Program-made: the position numbers and the translations under genes
NCBI RefSeq assembly: GCF_009914755.1
Contig: NC_060938.1
Strand: one strand, 5' to 3'
Source: the human T2T-CHM13v2.0 reference genome, Homo sapiens
Length of the DNA stretch: 64,000 bases
Part shown: positions 56,330-64,000 of the stretch, one piece after another
Layout: each line of letters starts with the position of its first letter
Numbering within the stretch: the stretch's first letter is position 1
Notes under the pieces: generated by a model
What the model was told of the DNA's origin: nothing
Seen by the model: only the letters and a program-made list of their open reading frames with translations
The model's database searches: none

Positions 56330-57130
56330 TCACCTGTGAGTTCTTTTTTTCACGATCTACTTCCAGTCCTTTCAGTAGAGCCTGTTGACTCTGCCTCTAA
56401 ATATATCCAGAATCTGAACACTTCTGCTTCTACCACTACCACCCTAGTTTAAGGAAGCACCGTCTCTCACTTGGATTATTACAGAGGTCTCCAACTGGCT
56501 GCCCACCTCTATCCTTGCCTCTTACAGTCTGTTCTCCTGATGTCAGCCAGAGTGATCGTTTAAACAGTATAGGTCAGATCATATTCTTCGCTGCTTAAAA
56601 CTTTCTAATGTGTTTCTATAGCGCTTAGAATAAGATCTGAATTGCTTTTGATACAGTGCTTTTCCCCTCCCCGATTCCCCAGTGTGATTTGCTGCCACCT
56701 CCTCCTCATTTATTCCATCCATTGCATTCCATGAAGAGCAGCTGCACCCCTCCCCGTCCCACCCGTGGAGCCAATGGTACACGCTCTGCTTAGAATCCTT
56801 AGCCCCTCTGCTTAGAATCCCCTCCCCAGTGGCCATGGCGCTGGCTCCCTCACTTCTTCAGGTCTCTGCCCAAATGTGGTTCTGTGAAAGAAGCTTTCTC
56901 TTAGCCCTGCCCAGAAAGGCACTGCCATCACCTTTCCACCTCAGTCGTTCCACTCCCCTTTCCTGACTGATTGTTCTTCATGTTCCTTGCTGATGTTCAT
57001 TTTGTTGCCTGCTTACTGACTAGTCCCACCTAAAATCTACAAGAGGAGGGCTTTATCTGTCTTTGTTGGTGAGATACCAGGATCTAAAATGGTGCCTGAA
57101 GCATATAGAATTCAATAAATATTGGATGAA
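56330..57130. mobile_element. L2 LINE remnant
   Basis: AAATATATCCAGAATCTGAAC...TTGGATTATTAC...AGCCAGAGTGATC...TCAATAAATATT/GAATGGAT 3' end. Confidence 0.75.
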
Positions 57131-59507
57131 TGGATAGTGGATATTCTCAAGTAACTTTTTTTTTTGAGGTGAAGTCTCACTCTTGTCTCCCAGGCTGGAG
57201 TGCAATGGCGTAATGCTCACTGCAAGCTCTGCCTCCCGGGTTCAAGTGGTCCTCCTGCCTCAGCCTCCCGAGTAGCTGGGATTACAGGCGCCTGCCACTA
57301 CACCCGGCTTATTTTTGTATTTTTAGTAGAGACAGGGTTTCACCATGTTGGCCAGGCTGGTCTCGAACTCTTGACCTCAGGTGATCCACCCGACTCGGCC
57401 TCCCAAAGTGCTGGGATTACAGGAGTGAGCCACCGCGCCCGGCCTTTCTCAAGTAACTTAGTGAGAAAGTCTGCATTGGGAATTAGGTATTGTGACGTCT
57501 CATAGGCCTATTTTATTTTTTAATAGGTAATACGTTCACATGGTTCAAAATTCAAAGAGCATGCAATGAAGTCTCTCACACTTTGCCCTCCAGTGCCACC
57601 CTGTCCCCCTCCTCTGAAGTAACCAGTATTAAGTTCTTGTATGTATTTCCAGAGATAGCCAATGTTTTAATACACAAAATTACAGATATAGTTTTCCTCC
57701 TTTATAAAAATGCAAACTTTAGCATCTGCACTGTTTTACACCTTGTTTTGATTTGTATACTTCGGAGATTGTTCTTTGTCAATAAAGACATTATTGTGTA
57801 AAAGCATCTTTAATGCCTGTACAATATCCCATTGTGTACATTTATCATAATTCTTCTTTTGATGGACATTGATGTTTCTAGTCTTTACACGCTATACTGC
57901 AATAAATCACTTTGTACATACATCATTTTGCCTTGTTGCTAGTATATCTGAGGAATAAATTCCTGTGAGGAATTGCTGGGTGAAAAGGATATGTGCATTT
58001 GTAATTTTAGAGACATAGTCAAATCGCCTTCTAAAAATTGTACCAATTTTTACTTGTGGCATAGTGTATTGTTATTTTGATCTTTGCTAATTTGACAGAT
58101 GAAAGATGGTATAACACTAGAGTTTTCTGGTGTTTCTTGTGCTATGAATTAAGCATTGTTTTGTATATTTAAGAGCCATCTGTATTTTCTATGAGTTGTT
58201 CATGTCCTGAACCCGCTTTTCTACTAGGATTCTGGTCTTTAAAAAAAAAAAAATTAAGTTGGTAGGAGATCTCTTTTATGATTATTTATTTTTAATTTTT
58301 AAATTTTTTTAGAGATGGGATCTCACTGTGTTGCCCAGGCTGGTCTGCGATCGTTCCACCTCAGCCTCTGAGCAGCTGAGACTATAGGCATGCACCACCA
58401 TGCCCAGCTTTTTATATAAATTAGCCCTTAATCTGTGATCTGAGGGACAGACATTTTGTTCCATTTGTCAGTTGTCTTCTGATTTTGCTCATGGTAGTTT
58501 TTTCCTACATAGAAATTTGCTTTTTTTCCCTTTATTTTTCTTCTTCCTCCTCCTTGGGAAATTTCATTTTTGTTTTAATAATTATTATTATTTTTTGACA
58601 TGGAGTCTAGCTCTGTCACCCAGGCTAGAGTGCAGTGGCGCGATCTCAGCTCACTGCAACCTCTGTCTCCCAGCAATTCTGTCTCAGGCTCCTGAGTAGC
58701 TGGGATTACAGGCATGCGCCACCATGCCTGGCTAATTTTTGTATTTTTAGTAGTGACGGTGTTTCACCATGTTGGTCAGGCTGGTCTCAAACTCCTGACC
58801 TTGTGATCTGCCTGCCTTGGCCTCCCAAAGTGCTGGAATTACAGGTGCAAGCCATTGCGCCTGGCCTCTCTCTCTTTTTTTTTTTTTTTTTTTTTTTTAG
58901 GAGACAGGGTCTTGCTCTGTTACCCAAGCTGGAGTACAGTAGTATAATCATAGCTCATTGTGACCTCAAGCTCTTTGGCTCAAGGGATTCTCCCACCTCA
59001 GTCTGGTGAGTAGCTGGGACTACAGGCATGAGCCACACTGTTGGCCTCTTCTTGTACTTCTGAGGTTTCATTTCTTACATATGATTTCTTTTTGATACTG
59101 CTGAGATTTATTCTGGTATAAATTGTGAGGTGAGATTTCACCCCATGTTTTAAAAAACAATTTTAGGATTTCTTGATCTTTTATGTCTTGTCTGGAGAGT
59201 AATTTGTCAGCTGTTTTCTGCTAAACTGTGAGTGGTGTAAGACCAGTTAGCTATGCCCTGTGTACTTTTCAGTTTAAGACATAGTTGCCTGTATCTTCCC
59301 AAAGATCTTATCTTTCGTTGACTTAAAAATAACGGTGGAAATACAGCCTATTGGGGAGTATTGTGTTAAAACAAATTTTATAGAATTTTCAGTTGGTAAA
59401 GATTGATAAGATTAGTAATAATAGGTAATTATGCATTATATTTAAGGAATATGTTTAGTACATTATATAATGCTAACGAAATAGGGATTTTTCTGTTTTT
59501 TATTTTT

Positions 59508-63715
<4,208 letters not shown>

Positions 63716-63779
63716 GGGCCGGAAACGGTGGCTCACGCCTGTAATCTCAGCACTTTGGGAGGCCGAGGTGGGCAGATCA

Positions 63780-64000
<221 letters not shown>

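Noticed and set aside
56784-56820. Short direct duplication CTCTGCTTAGAATCC x2 (similar ones at ~16850, ~33140, ~42510)
   Set aside because: Ordinary slippage micro-duplications in decayed repeats.

Overview
Human (or great-ape) genomic DNA, extremely Alu-dense, centred on a CpG-island bidirectional promoter (~26.6-28.4 kb). WDR20 coding exon 1 (27507-27755, +) sits head-to-head with the first coding exon of the long, N-terminally extended HSP90AA1 isoform (26987-26833, -); their ATGs are ~520 bp apart. Left of the island is intron 1 of the long HSP90AA1 isoform; right of it is WDR20 intron 1. I recognised no other exon of either gene. The rest is mostly repeats: many Alus, a MER52-like solo LTR, an LTR12C-like solo LTR, MaLR LTRs, L1M/L1PB, L2, MIR, a hAT MITE and a 5'-truncated SVA. 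The best non-obvious find is a degenerate processed pseudogene of HYPK (~52510-52926, -). Other points of interest: an LTR12 promoter aimed at HSP90AA1, an overlapping uORF on the WDR20 start, three different Alus stacked at one target site, an L1>Alu>SVA nest, and a templated-repeat/(AT)24 scar between inverted Alus. I see no evidence of a novel multi-gene system. Nearly all ORFs in the supplied track are repeat-derived. Gene and repeat-family names come from recalled sequence, not from database searches.
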